DNA of 64,000 nucleotides from assembly GCF_964204645.1 (NCBI RefSeq), contig NC_134025.1, forward strand, positions 15,624,001 to 15,688,000. Reading direction: 5' to 3'. The stretch comes from Tubulanus polymorphus (lineage: Eukaryota; Animalia; Nemertea). Under the pieces are notes generated by a model that saw only the letters and a program-made list of their open reading frames with translations, was not told the origin of the DNA and did no database searches. The position numbers and the translations under genes were made by a program. Shown one piece after another: positions 13,178 to 25,100 of this stretch (the first letter of the stretch is position 1; every line of letters starts with the position of its first letter).

Positions 13178-13977
13178 GTTAAGGTGTTTGGGTCCGCTGG
13201 ACCGTTAGAGGCTGGGCAACACAGCCAAGTTCCACGAGGGTGTAGCAATATGTACACATTAGTATGTAGTTTAAATATCCACAGTAGAAAAAGTTGTATT
13301 TAGGTCCGTAAGACCGTTAGAGGCTGGGTGACGCAGCCAGTTCACGAGGGTGTAGCAATGTAACAATTATATCATTCACAGTAGAAATAAAAACGAGTAA
13401 TTCATATTGAGAATGTGAGGTACACATTGTGTTGTTTCTTTTATATATAGTAAACAGGCGTCGGTGTATGACTGTATTATATTGCAAGTCATTGCAAATA
13501 GTACTGATAGCCTAATCAGATAGATGGCGTGTGTATCAGCAACACATTCGAGGCCTTACGGTGGCGGGTAGTGGTGAGAATCGATATGGATGTTAGATTT
13601 GTGCAAAGGTGGGACGGGCTTTCCTCGTCTCGTGTGGAGAGTACTTTCCGTCCTGTCAAAACAGGGTCCGTTGGTGTTGCGAGGGTAATCGCACCGATCA
13701 TCTGTCGGCGTATGTATCAACTACGTCTATATTTCAATCTGTTTGGATTAAGGAGGTTCTTAAAATCATCGATCTGATGTGATCTGCAGCGATTTTTTGT
13801 GTGACCGCCGGGTGGTATCGATTCGACCAGGTATTCCTTGGTTGTCGAATATTGATATAGCGTTATGTTGATAAAACGACACGTCGGGAGTAAATTGACT
13901 GCCCTTAGCATCAGTCCGAGCGGCTGTATATCGAGTCCTGAGAGTGTCTATACATGAGCGGAACGGAAACTGATTTA
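13178..13977 (-). repeat. pLTR, inverted copy
   Basis: Reverse complement of 18910-19708. Confidence 0.9.
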
Positions 13978-14080
13978 AACGCTTTTCACCTTATTTTGCA
14001 TAAATCTTGATTGAAGGATTCGTATGAAGCACATAAAACCGACTATTATTACGGTAATGAGGTTGAGATGGTGGTGTGCC

Positions 14081-15849
14081 TTACACACATCTCGCGCGGA
14101 CTAGAATGTCTCTAAGATTTTTGCCGCGTGTAAATAGTATTCTGGGAGGTTCCTTGAATATTATTCTCAGAGTCGCGTTCGATTGGATTATCTTCCAGTG
14201 TTTTGTAAGCGACTGACGGATATTATCCGTGTTCGGATGGTATTTGGTGATCAGTGAGATTGAATCAAATGAGCGCTTTTTTGTGCGCGTGTGTAAGAGA
14301 TCCGTACGATATCGTTGGTCCGCTTTGTAGATTTGAGCGCGGATTTCGCGAGCACTATAGCCTCGGGCCCGGAGGTAACCCTGTAGTTTTTTACATTGTG
14401 AGCGGTATTCGCTTTCGTCCGAGCAGATTTTCTTAAATCTGAGAGCCTGTGCGTATGCAATGTTGTTGCTGCAGTGAGGCGGGTGACACGATTCTTTGTG
14501 TAGGAGCGAGTGTGCGTCCGTGGGTTTTGTGTACACCCTTGTTGAGAGTTTACCTGAGTTCTCAAAATCTTTCCCTTTGTAGACTTCAACGTCTAGGAAG
14601 GGTACCTTCTCCCTTGATTGTGTCAGTTCGTATTGGATGGTACGGTGTGATTGGTTCATATGTTCGAAAAATTCGAGTAGTTTATCTTCACCGTGGGTCC
14701 AGATTGAGAATATATCATCTATATATCTCCAATATAACATGGGTATAGTATTGTTCGGTGCCGAGCGGAGACATTTAGTCTGGAGATAATGCATGAATAT
14801 GATCGCTAGACTCGGGCTGACTGTTGAACCCATGGCGCAACCCTCTATTTGAAGGCGGTGTTCGTTTTTCCCGAAAGAGAATTCATTTCTCTTCAGTATT
14901 AGATTCAGGAATTGAACGAAGCGTCTTTTGTCTGGACGGCGAACTGCGTATTGTAGCGGGAAGTCATCTAGACTTCTTAGGATGCTACTGATGGCTTCTC
15001 CGTGAGGGATGTTGGTGTATAGACTTTTGACATCCATTGTCACCAATATCGCATCTTTCCGGAGGGGAGGGAGGGAATTGATTTTGTTGAGAAAGTCATT
15101 GGTATCTTGGATGTATGTTGATACTCGACTCGCGATTGGTCTCAGAAAATAGTCCAGATATTTGGATATCTTTTCCGTGGGGCCATTGTTTCCGCTTAGG
15201 ATCGGTCTCCCCGGGTTGTTGACCTTGTGAATTTTCGGTAGAAGGTAGAACTCGGGGATTTGGATATCAGATCCCGGTGTTAGATATAGCCACGTAACAT
15301 GGTCTATTTCTTGGTTGTTTCTCATATCGTCTATGATTCTTTTTCTTTCACTTGTGACTAAAGTAGTGTCGGGTGGAGCGATTGACCGGTAGCTGTTGGT
15401 GTCATTTAGCTGTCTCAGAGCTTCTTTTTTGTAAGAGTCTTTGCTCATGATAGCTATGGCTCCCCCTTTGTCACAGGGTTTTACAATGAGATCTTTATTC
15501 CGATTTAGTTCGTTGATCGCTTTCATCTCGTTTCTCGATAAATTGGATTTGAATTTTTGTGTGAGATTGAGTTTTTTGAGCTCTGTACGCGTTAGTTCAA
15601 TATAACGTTCGAGCCGGCGAACGCCTGATGTAAGCGGATTGAATTGGCTTTTCCCTTTGAAGGGGTGCAGTGAGTTTTTCTCACGGTTAAAAAATATATA
15701 TTTCAACCTAAGGCGGCGGAAGAAAGCTTCGGCGGCCGTGAGAAGTTCGTCCTTCTGTGTCGGTGCATTATTGGGTACGAATTTCAGACCCTTGCTTAAT
15801 GCATTAATGGTGGTTTTGCTAACCACGTGGTCTGATAGGTTGACCACAA
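14081..15849 (-). pseudogene. Inverted 5'-truncated copy of the PLE reverse transcriptase ORF
   Basis: Matches the + strand ORF from VVNLS onward apart from one E/K difference; junction with CAA microhomology at 15847-15849. Confidence 0.9.
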
Positions 15850-16341
15850 CGGACCCTGTTTTGACAGGACGGAAAGTACTCTCCACACGAGACGAGGAAA
15901 GCCCGTCCCACCTTTGCACAAATCTAACATCCATATCGGTTCTCACCACTACCCCCCACCGTAAGGCCTCGAATGTGTTGCTGATACACACGCCATCTAT
16001 CTGATTAGGCTATCAGTACTATTTGCAATGACTTGCAATATAATACAGTCATACACCGACGCCTGTTTACTATATATAAAAGAAACAACACAATGTGTAC
16101 CTCACATTCTCAATATGAATTACTCGTTTTTATTTCTACTGTGAATGATATAATTGTTACATTGCTACACCCTCGTGAACTGGCTGCGTCACCCAGCCTC
16201 TAACGGTCTTACGGACCTAAATACAACTTTTTCTACTGTGGATATTTAAACTACATACTAATGTGTACATATTGCTACACCCTCGTGGAACTGGCTGTGT
16301 TGCCCAGCCTCTAACGGTCCAGCGGACCCAAACACCTTAAC
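15847..16341 (+). repeat. Partial (5'-truncated) pLTR upstream of the ORF
   Basis: Matches the 3' ~495 bp of the pLTR. Confidence 0.9.
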
Positions 16342-16740
16342 ATGTCTTCTTTTTCCTACCCCCGGGTAGAAGCCGTTGTTTCAACGTGAAAATGGCCAAC
16401 ATAGACGGTGTGTCCAGCCACCCACATCGGTAGCAGAATAGCAATATCGGTTCTATTTACAACCAACCATACGGTTCACTGGTCCCTGCTACGGCACGGA
16501 ATTACTTGAGGAATACCAGTAGATCGCTAACTCGAACGATCCCGTGTGGGTAACAGAACTTGCCGTGAACATCACGGTCCACACAATTTATACACAGAAT
16601 CACCCCCCTCATACACTGAAGGAGTGAAAAACCTGATAAATACACAGAAGAACGATCACGCAATTAGCAAATCACAATATATACACACAACACACCACCG
16701 GATGTGTACTACACGACGTCAAGTGACTCAATGATTTTCT

Positions 16741-16831
16741 AGCCAATCAGCGCGTAACAGTGATAATTAGCCTGTAAAACAACAAACTCTCCGATTGGTG
16801 CCCTGCGGGAGCACCCAGAGAGTATAAATAG
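16741..16831 (+). promoter_or_regulatory. Internal Pol II promoter of the PLE (CCAAT, inverted CCAAT, TATA)
   Basis: AGCCAATCAG at 16741, CCGATTGG at 16791, TATAAATA at 16824, ~110 bp upstream of the first ATG (16937). Confidence 0.65.
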
Positions 16832-16936
16832 TTAGCTATTCACTAACTGATCAATCTAGCAGTGTATCTAACCAGACGACACACGCGGAACTCTGCTCAC
16901 AGTATCACGCACTCACATTCCAGTCTTACTCCCCTC

Positions 16937-18805
16937 ATGGGTAGGAGGAAAAACAACCAGTGGAAAAACCACTCAACTGGGTCACGCATCAGCCGAGGTA
17001 AACCCTCCGCTACAACTGCCTCCCAGCACAACAGATTTGTGGTCAACCTATCAGACCACGTGGTTAGCAAAACCACCATTAATGCATTAAGCAAGGGTCT
17101 GAAATTCGTACCCAATAATGCACCGACACAGAAGGACGAACTTCTCACGGCCGCCGAAGCTTTCTTCCGCCGCCTTAGGTTGAAATATATATTTTTTAAC
17201 CGTGAGAAAAACTCACTGCACCCCTTCAAAGGGAAAAGCCAATTCAATCCGCTTACATCAGGCGTTCGCCGGCTCGAACGTTATATTGAACTAACGCGTA
17301 CAGAGCTCAAAAAACTCAATCTCACACAAAAATTCAAATCCAATTTATCGAGAAACGAGATGAAAGCGATCAACGAACTAAATCGGAATAAAGATCTCAT
17401 TGTAAAACCCTGTGACAAAGGGGGAGCCATAGCTATCATGAGCAAAGACTCTTACAAAAAAGAAGCTCTGAGACAGCTAAATGACACCAACAGCTACCGG
17501 TCAATCGCTCCACCCGACACTACTTTAGTCACAAGTGAAAGAAAAAGAATCATAGACGATATGAGAAACAACCAAGAAATAGACCATGTTACGTGGCTAT
17601 ATCTAACACCGGGATCTGATATCCAAATCCCCGAGTTCTACCTTCTACCGAAAATTCACAAGGTCAACAACCCGGGGAGACCGATCCTAAGCGGAAACAA
17701 TGGCCCCACGGAAAAGATATCCAAATATCTGGACTATTTTCTGAGACCAATCGCGAGTCGAGTATCAACATACATCCAAGATACCAATGACTTTCTCAAC
17801 AAAATCAATTCCCTCCCTCCCCTCCGGAAAGATGCGATATTGGTGACAATGGATGTCAAAAGTCTATACACCAACATCCCTCACGGAGAAGCCATCAGTA
17901 GCATCCTAAGAAGTCTAGATGACTTCCCGCTACAATACGCAGTTCGCCGTCCAGACAAAAGACGCTTCGTTCAATTCCTGAATCTAATACTGAAGAGAAA
18001 TGAATTCTCTTTCGGGAAAAACGAACACCGCCTTCAAATAGAGGGTTGCGCCATGGGTTCAACAGTCAGCCCGAGTCTAGCGATCATATTCATGCATTAT
18101 CTCCAGACTAAATGTCTCCGCTCGGCACCGAACAATACTATACCCATGTTATATTGGAGATATATAGATGATATATTCTCAATCTGGACCCACGGTGAAG
18201 ATAAACTACTCGAATTTTTCGAACATATGAACCAATCACACCGTACCATCCAATACGAACTGACACAATCAAGGGAGAAGGTACCCTTCCTAGACGTTGA
18301 AGTCTACAAAGGGAAAGATTTTGAGAACTCAGGTAAACTCTCAACAAGGGTGTACACAAAACCCACGGACGCACACTCGCTCCTACACAAAGAATCGTGT
18401 CACCCGCCTCACTGCAGCAACAACATTGCATACGCACAGGCTCTCAGATTTAAGAAAATCTGCTCGGACGAAAGCGAATACCGCTCACAATGTAAAAAAC
18501 TACAGGGTTACCTCCGGGCCCGAGGCTATAGTGCTCGCAAAATCCGCGCTCAAATCTACAAAGCGGACCAACGATATCGTACGGATCTCTTACACACGCG
18601 CACAAAAAAGCGCTCATTTGATTCAATCTCACTGATCACCAAATACCATCCGAACACGGATAATATCCGTCAGTCGCTTACAAAACACTGGAAGATAATC
18701 CAATCGAACGCGACTCTGAGAATAATATTCAAGGAACCTCCCAGAATACTATTTACACGCGGCAAAAATCTTAGAGACATTCTAGTCCGCGCGAGATGTG
18801 TGTAA
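16937..18805 (+). CDS. Penelope-like reverse transcriptase (622 aa from the first ATG), no GIY-YIG domain
   Basis: VVNLS...LSKGLKF.P, KPCDKG, YLLPKIHK, GRPI, MDVKSLYTNIP, GCAMGS, RYIDDIF, FLDV, YTKPTD; ends NLRDILVRARCV*. Confidence 0.92.
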   Translation: MGRRKNNQWKNHSTGSRISRGKPSATTASQHNRFVVNLSDHVVSKTTINALSKGLKFVPNNAPTQKDELLTAAEAFFRRLRLKYIFFNREKNSLHPFKGKSQFNPLTSGVRRLERYIELTRTELKKLNLTQKFKSNLSRNEMKAINELNRNKDLIVKPCDKGGAIAIMSKDSYKKEALRQLNDTNSYRSIAPPDTTLVTSERKRIIDDMRNNQEIDHVTWLYLTPGSDIQIPEFYLLPKIHKVNNPGRPILSGNNGPTEKISKYLDYFLRPIASRVSTYIQDTNDFLNKINSLPPLRKDAILVTMDVKSLYTNIPHGEAISSILRSLDDFPLQYAVRRPDKRRFVQFLNLILKRNEFSFGKNEHRLQIEGCAMGSTVSPSLAIIFMHYLQTKCLRSAPNNTIPMLYWRYIDDIFSIWTHGEDKLLEFFEHMNQSHRTIQYELTQSREKVPFLDVEVYKGKDFENSGKLSTRVYTKPTDAHSLLHKESCHPPHCSNNIAYAQALRFKKICSDESEYRSQCKKLQGYLRARGYSARKIRAQIYKADQRYRTDLLHTRTKKRSFDSISLITKYHPNTDNIRQSLTKHWKIIQSNATLRIIFKEPPRILFTRGKNLRDILVRARCV

Positions 18806-18909
18806 GGCACACCACCATCTCAACCTCAATACCGTAATAATAGTCGGTTTTATGTGCTTCATACGAATCCTTCAATCAAGATTTATGCAAAATAAGGTGA
18901 AAAGCGTTT

Positions 18910-21316
18910 AAATCAGTTTCCGTTCCGCTCATGTATAGACACTCTCAGGACTCGATATACAGCCGCTCGGACTGATGCTAAGGGCAGTCAATTTACTCCC
19001 GACGTGTCGTTTTATCAACATAACGCTATATCAATATTCGACAACCAAGGAATACCTGGTCGAATCGATACCGCCCGGCGGTCACACAAAAAATCGCTTC
19101 AGATCACATCAGATCGATGATTTTAAGAACCTCCTCAATCCCAAACAGATTGAAATATAGACGTAGTTGATACATACGCCGACAGATGATCGGTGCGATT
19201 ACCCTCGCAACACCAACGGACCCTGTTTTGACAGGACGGAAAGTACTCTCCACACGAGACGAGGAAAGCCCGTCCCACCTTTGCACAAATCTAACATCCA
19301 TATCGGTTCTCACCACTACCCGCCACCGTAAGGCCTCGAATGTGTTGCTGATACACACGCCATCTATCTGATTAGGCTATCAGTACTATTTACAATGACT
19401 TGCAATATAATACAGTCATACACCGACGCCGGTTTACTATATATAAAAGAAACAACACAATGTGTACCTCACATTCTCAATATGAATTACTCGTTTTTAT
19501 TTCTACTGTGAATGATATAATTGTTACATTGCTACACCCTCGTGAACTGGCTGCATCACCCAGCCTCTAACGGTCTTACGGACCTAAATACAACTTTTTC
19601 TACTGTGGATATTTAAACTACATACTAATGTGTACATATTGCTACACCCTCGTGGAACTGGCTGTGTTGCCCAGCCTCTAACGGTCCAGCGGACCCAAAC
19701 ACCTTAACAATAAGAAATCAGTTTCCGTTCCGCTCATGTATAGACACTCTCAGGACTCGATATACAGCCGCTCGGACTGATGCTAAGGGCAGTCAATTTA
19801 CTCCCGACGTGTCGTTTTATCAACATAACGCTATATCAATATTCGACAACCAAGGAATACCTGGTCGAATCGATACCGCCCGGCGGTCACACAAAAAATC
19901 GCTTCAGATCACATCAGATCGATGATTTTAAGAACCTCCTCAATCCAAACAGATTGAAATATAGACGTAGTTGATACATACGCCGACAGATGATCGGTGC
20001 GATTACCCTCGCAACACCAACGGACCCTGTTTTGACAGGACGGAAAGTACTCTCCACACGAGACGAGGAAAGCCCGTCCCACCTTTGCACAAATCTAACA
20101 TCCATATCGGTTCTCACCACTACCCGCCACCGTAAGGCCTCGAATGTGTTGCTGATACACACGCCATCTATCTGATTAGGCTATCAGTACTATTTACAAT
20201 GACTTGCAATATAATACAGTCATACACCGACGCCGGTTTACTATATATAAAAGAAACAACACAATGTGTACCTCACATTCTCAATATGAATTACTCGTTT
20301 TTATTTCTACTGTGAATGATATAATTGTTACATTGCTACACCCTCGTGAACTGGCTGCATCACCCAGCCTCTAACGGTCTTACGCACCTAAATACAACTT
20401 TTTCTACTGTGGATATTTAAACTACATACTAATGTGTACATATTGCTACACCCTCGTGGAACTGGCTGTGTTGCCCAGCCTCTAACGGTCCAGCGGACCC
20501 AAACACCTTAACAATAAGAAATCAGTTTCCGTTCCGCTCATGTATAGACACTCTCAGGACTCGATATACAGCCGCTCGGACTGATGCTAAGGGCAGTCAA
20601 TTTACTCCCGACGTGTCGTTTTATCAACATAACGCTATATCAATATTCGACAACCAAGGAATACCTGGTCGAATCGATACCGCCCGGCGGTCACACAAAA
20701 AATCGCTTCAGATCACATCAGATCGATGATTTTAAGAACCTCCTCAATCCAAACAGATTGAAATATAGACGTAGTTGATACATACGCCGACAGATGATCG
20801 GTGCGATTACCCTCGCAACACCAACGGACCCTGTTTTGACAGGACGGAAAGTACTCTCCACACGAGACGAGGAAAGCCCGTCCCACCTTTGCACAAATCT
20901 AACATCCATATCGGTTCTCACCACTACCCCCCACCGTAAGGCCTCGAATGTGTTGCTGATACACACGCCATCTATCTGATTAGGCTATCAGTACTATTTG
21001 CAATGACTTGCAATATAATACAGTCATACACCGACGCCTGTTTACTATATATAAAAGAAACAACACAATGTGTACCTCACATTCTCAATATGAATTACTC
21101 GTTTTTATTTCTACTGTGAATGATATAATTGTTACATTGCTACACCCTCGTGAACTGGCTGCGTCACCCAGCCTCTAACGGTCTTACGCACCTAAATACA
21201 ACTTTTTCTACTGTGGATATTTAAACTACATACTAATGTGTACATATTGCTACACCCTCGTGGAACTGGCTGTGTTGCCCAGCCTCTAACGGTCCAGCGG
21301 ACCCAAACACCTTAAC
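18910..21316 (+). repeat. Three tandem pLTRs (18910-19708, 19715-20512, 20519-21316) joined by AATAAG
   Basis: ~804-bp period, near-identical units. Confidence 0.95.
19498..19708 (+). ncRNA. Tandem pair of conserved structured RNA motifs at the pLTR 3' end (candidate ribozyme or processing signal)
   Basis: Two diverged copies keep the stems GGCTG/CAGCC and GGTC/GACC and the joiner sequences while the loops differ. Confidence 0.5.

Positions 21317-21381
<65 letters not shown>
21317..21381. repeat. (TAA)n microsatellite: LINE tail and right flank of the PLE
   Basis: Directly visible. Confidence 0.95.
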
Positions 21382-22060
21382 GAGTTTTTAAGCTAAGCGG
21401 TGTGGGAGAGAAGAGTCTTAAAGGCTTCGATACTCTCCGCTGACACAGTATCTGCAGGTAGAGCGTTCCAATCCCTGACTGTTCTGGTATAGAAGGATTG
21501 TCGTTTGATTTCAGTACGGGAGAACTTGACTTGGAAAGCTTTCGAGTGCGATTCTCTAGTTTTACGGACAGATGGAACCAGGCGTGTGCTCGTATCAACC
21601 AAAGTTTGTTCGTTGGCGAGTTTATACAATAGTGTGAGTCTGGCCTGTCTTCTTCTTTCCTGTAGTGACTGCCATTGTAGGTGGGACAACATATCTGTTA
21701 CACTGGATCTATTGTGGTGACGATTTGTGACATATCTTGCAGCTCGATGTTGGATCATCTCCAATCAGTGTATGTCAGTCTGGAGATATGGGTCACAGAC
21801 ACTACTCGCATATTCTACTATGGGTCTGACCAGTGATCTGTAAGCTGTGTCCTTCACATGTATCGAGTTTATGTTAACATTCCTTTTCAGAAATCCAATC
21901 GTTCGATTTGCCTTTTTGCAAAGTTCTTCTATATGAGGTGTCCATGTTAAATTGTTGGTGATGGTTACACCTAGGTACTTTGCTGTCTGTACATGTGATA
22001 GGATATGACCTCGGAGCTTATAGGTGTATTGGTAGGGACGTCCTCTTGTGATACTGAGGA
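21382..22060 (-). mobile_element. 5'-truncated LINE (CR1/L2-group) 3' fragment
   Basis: KYLGVTI...WTPHI...KANRTIGFLKRN...LVRPIVEYAS...LEMIQHRAARYV...SFYTRTVRDWNALP. Confidence 0.85.
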
Positions 22061-22145
22061 AGTAATTGGAAGATGTGGGTTTCAGATCAGAGTACTAGAT
22101 TACTAGACACCACTCATCACCACAAGTAATTTTTTTTCCTTATAA

Positions 22146-25100
22146 ATGGGAGAGAGTGAGTACCAGACAGAAAACAATAATGTTAATAAAAATCAATATT
22201 ATTGTCCATATTGTAAAAAATACATCGATAAATCTAATAAATCTAAACATGAAAAATCTTCAAATCATATAAAAAATGTAATAGATTTTGAAACTCCAGA
22301 AAATTCCAATGAAAGAAAAGAACGATTAGAAAATATGAATGTGGATGAAATAAAATGTGAAGTTTGTAATGAATTTATAGTAAAAAGGAATTATAATAGA
22401 CATCTCGAATCACAAAAACACCATCAAAATTTGAGTAATAATGTTTTAGGAAAAGATTATTTTGATGATAAACCTCAAAAAGTAAAAAAACCAACTTCAA
22501 AAACTAAATCCATTTCAAATAAACCTTACGTGGAAAATGTTAGAAATTATATTGATTCACTAGAAATAAAAGATACAATTGAAATATTAGAAACATTACA
22601 TAGTAAAATTGGTCCTGCAGCTATTATATTTAGATTCTTTAAAGGAACAACAATAGAAGATTATAGTAAATTTAATGAAATAATAGAAAAAATACTAGAT
22701 TTGATAACAGATGTTGAATATCCAAAAATTAGAATCTCTGGGAAAGTAAGTTTTATAAAGTCAGAAGAAAAAATGAATTATAATATTCAAACACACTCTG
22801 AAGAAATAATTTCAAAAACACAAATATTAGAGAAGTTAGAAAAAATATTTAATAAATTTAAACGTCATATTGAAGAAAGATATTTTGAGGGTTCTGGCTT
22901 AACATTGAACGAAATTATATATTTAGATTTAAATGTTTATAATACAAAAAGGAATAAAACATCAAAAACTAATAAAATGTTTAAAAATGATTCAAACTTT
23001 ACAACAGAAAAGGATATTAAAGCATCATCTTATATTAAATTACTATTTACAACAAAAGCAGTAATAAATGTTCAAAATGAAGATAATAAATGTTTTCTAT
23101 GGTCAATTATTAGTTGCTTACATCCAACACAGGAAAATGTTTGTAGAATAACAGATTATCGGAAATATGAAACATTATATAAAATTGATCAATATCCAGT
23201 AACTATAAAAATGATACCCAAAATAGAAAAAATTAATAATTTAAAAATAAATGTATTCGAATTAATGCAATTACCAAAGACAAAAGGTGAAAATATTAAA
23301 GATTATACATTGGAAGCTTTATATTTAACAGAATATTATGATGATGAAAATGCTATAGATTTGTTATATTATAAAAAAGATGAAAATGAACATTATATGT
23401 GGTTAAAACAAATTGATTTATTCTTTAGAACAGAAAGTGATCATCATCGTAAAATTTATCTATGTAGAAAATGTTTATCTAAATTTATGACTGAGAATAC
23501 ATTATTAAAACATAAAGAATTATGTGATAATAAAGATTTTTGTAAATTAATAATGCCAACAGAAAAAGATTATAAATTGAAATTTACTAATCATAAATTT
23601 AAGAATATTGATCCATTTGTAATTTATGGGGATTTTGAATCGTTGAATAAAGAATTAACTGATCAAGATAGGAAAGAAATATATAACAAAAAGCAATTAT
23701 TAAAATCAATGGATAAAGGAAATGAATTAAATGAAGACACAATACAAGACCCACCAATTATAAATACAATTAAAAAAGTTCATCAAAGAGCTGCTGCTTA
23801 TGGAATTTATATAAAATCAAATTATCCCGAATTATATGAAAGTCAATATATTTCTTTTAGAGGTGAAGATGTAGATGATTTTTGTGACAAAATGATTGAA
23901 TTAGAAAGTGATTTTGCAAAATTATTAAACAAAAATAAAAGAATAGTCATGACAAAAGAAGATGAAATCGATTTTAATTATGCAACTCATTGTTGTTATT
24001 GTGAAAAACGTTTTTATTCATTTGATAAAAAAGTTAGAGATCATAATCATTTAAATTCTAAATATCGTGGAGCTGCTCATGAAGATTGCAATTTACAAGC
24101 TAAGAAAGTTAATTTCGTACCAATATTATTTCATAATTTATCAGGCTATGATACCCATCTATTTATAAAACAATTATCGGGAAAATTGGGCGCAATTAAT
24201 CAAGAAATAGAAGAATATAATGCTATGAATGGTGTAAATGTAAGAAAATATGATTTTAAACTATTAGCTAAAACATCTGAAAATTATATTTCATTTCAAT
24301 TTGGTTGCATTAGATTTTTAGATTCTTATAGATTTCTAGCAAGTTCATTAGATAATCTATCAAAAAGTTTAGTTGATAATGATTTTGTTATAACTCGATA
24401 TTATTATCCAAATGAACAAGATTTTAAATTATTGAGATATAAAGGCGCAATTCCTTATTCATTTTATAAAACGCACAATGATTTTAATGTAACAGAATTA
24501 TTAAAAGATCAATTTTATGATCAATTAAAAGAGGAGTATGTGAAAGACGAAGTGTTTAATAGAACATTAAATATTTGGAACCATTTTAAGATGAAAAATC
24601 ATGGCGAATTAGTTGATTTGTATTTAAAATCAGATGTTATGATATTGGCTGACATATTTGAAAAATTTAGAGAAGTTAATTTGAATCATTTTAATGTTGA
24701 TCCTTGTTATTGCTACTCTAGTCCTGGTTTAACCTGGCAATGTGGTTTAAAATATACAAATGTAGAATTAGATTTATTAAAAGAACCAGATATGGTTTTA
24801 TTATTTGAAAAATCAATTAGAGGTGGAATTAGTGGTGTTATGGGAGATAGATATTTTAAAGCAAATGATGAATGTAAATTATTATATATTGACGCCAATA
24901 ATTTATATGGTTGGGCAATGATGCAACCTCAACCATATAAAAATTTTATATTAACAGAAGTTGAAAATGATGATAAAACTAATTGGGAAAGCGCAATTAT
25001 GAGTTTAGAAGATGAAGCACCAATTGGTTATTTCTTTGTAGTTGATTTAGAATATCCTGAAAATATAAAGTTTAAAACAAGAAACTTACCTTATTGCCCA

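Larger units (their letters stand above)
13178..21316 (+). mobile_element. Penelope-like retroelement (PLE) complex: inverted 5'-truncated copy, partial pLTR, full ORF and three tandem pLTRs
   Basis: PLE-type RT ORF in two near-identical inverted copies; 804-bp periodic pLTRs; both outer ends stop at ...CCCAAACACCTTAAC. Confidence 0.92.

Noticed and set aside
12907-13257. ORFs with MIMIMI / LSLSLS runs (also poly-I ORFs at 21233, 32824, 34411, 34517 and the HART/CVRA ORFs at ~41924-42274)
   Set aside because: They are translations of microsatellites.
15850-15991. Apparent alternative N-terminus (MCISNTF...) of the 636-aa minus-strand RT
   Set aside because: Chance in-frame fusion of antisense pLTR sequence across the inversion junction; it starts at GTG.
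18803-18805. Selenocysteine read-through into an endonuclease
   Set aside because: The stop is TAA, not TGA, and the downstream frames show no GIY-YIG motif.
18910-19708. Hammerhead ribozyme in the pLTR
   Set aside because: The nearest matches (CTGATGC on +, CTGAGAG...GAAAC on -) do not fit the CUGANGA core with the required stems.
18975-20979. Recurrent 61-84 aa ORFs in the pLTRs
   Set aside because: They repeat only because the pLTR repeats; no domain motifs, and one copy is frameshifted.
22061-22070. AGTAATTGG as the left terminus of Polinton A
   Set aside because: Only a short match at the LINE junction, with no hairpin, TIR partner or TSD.
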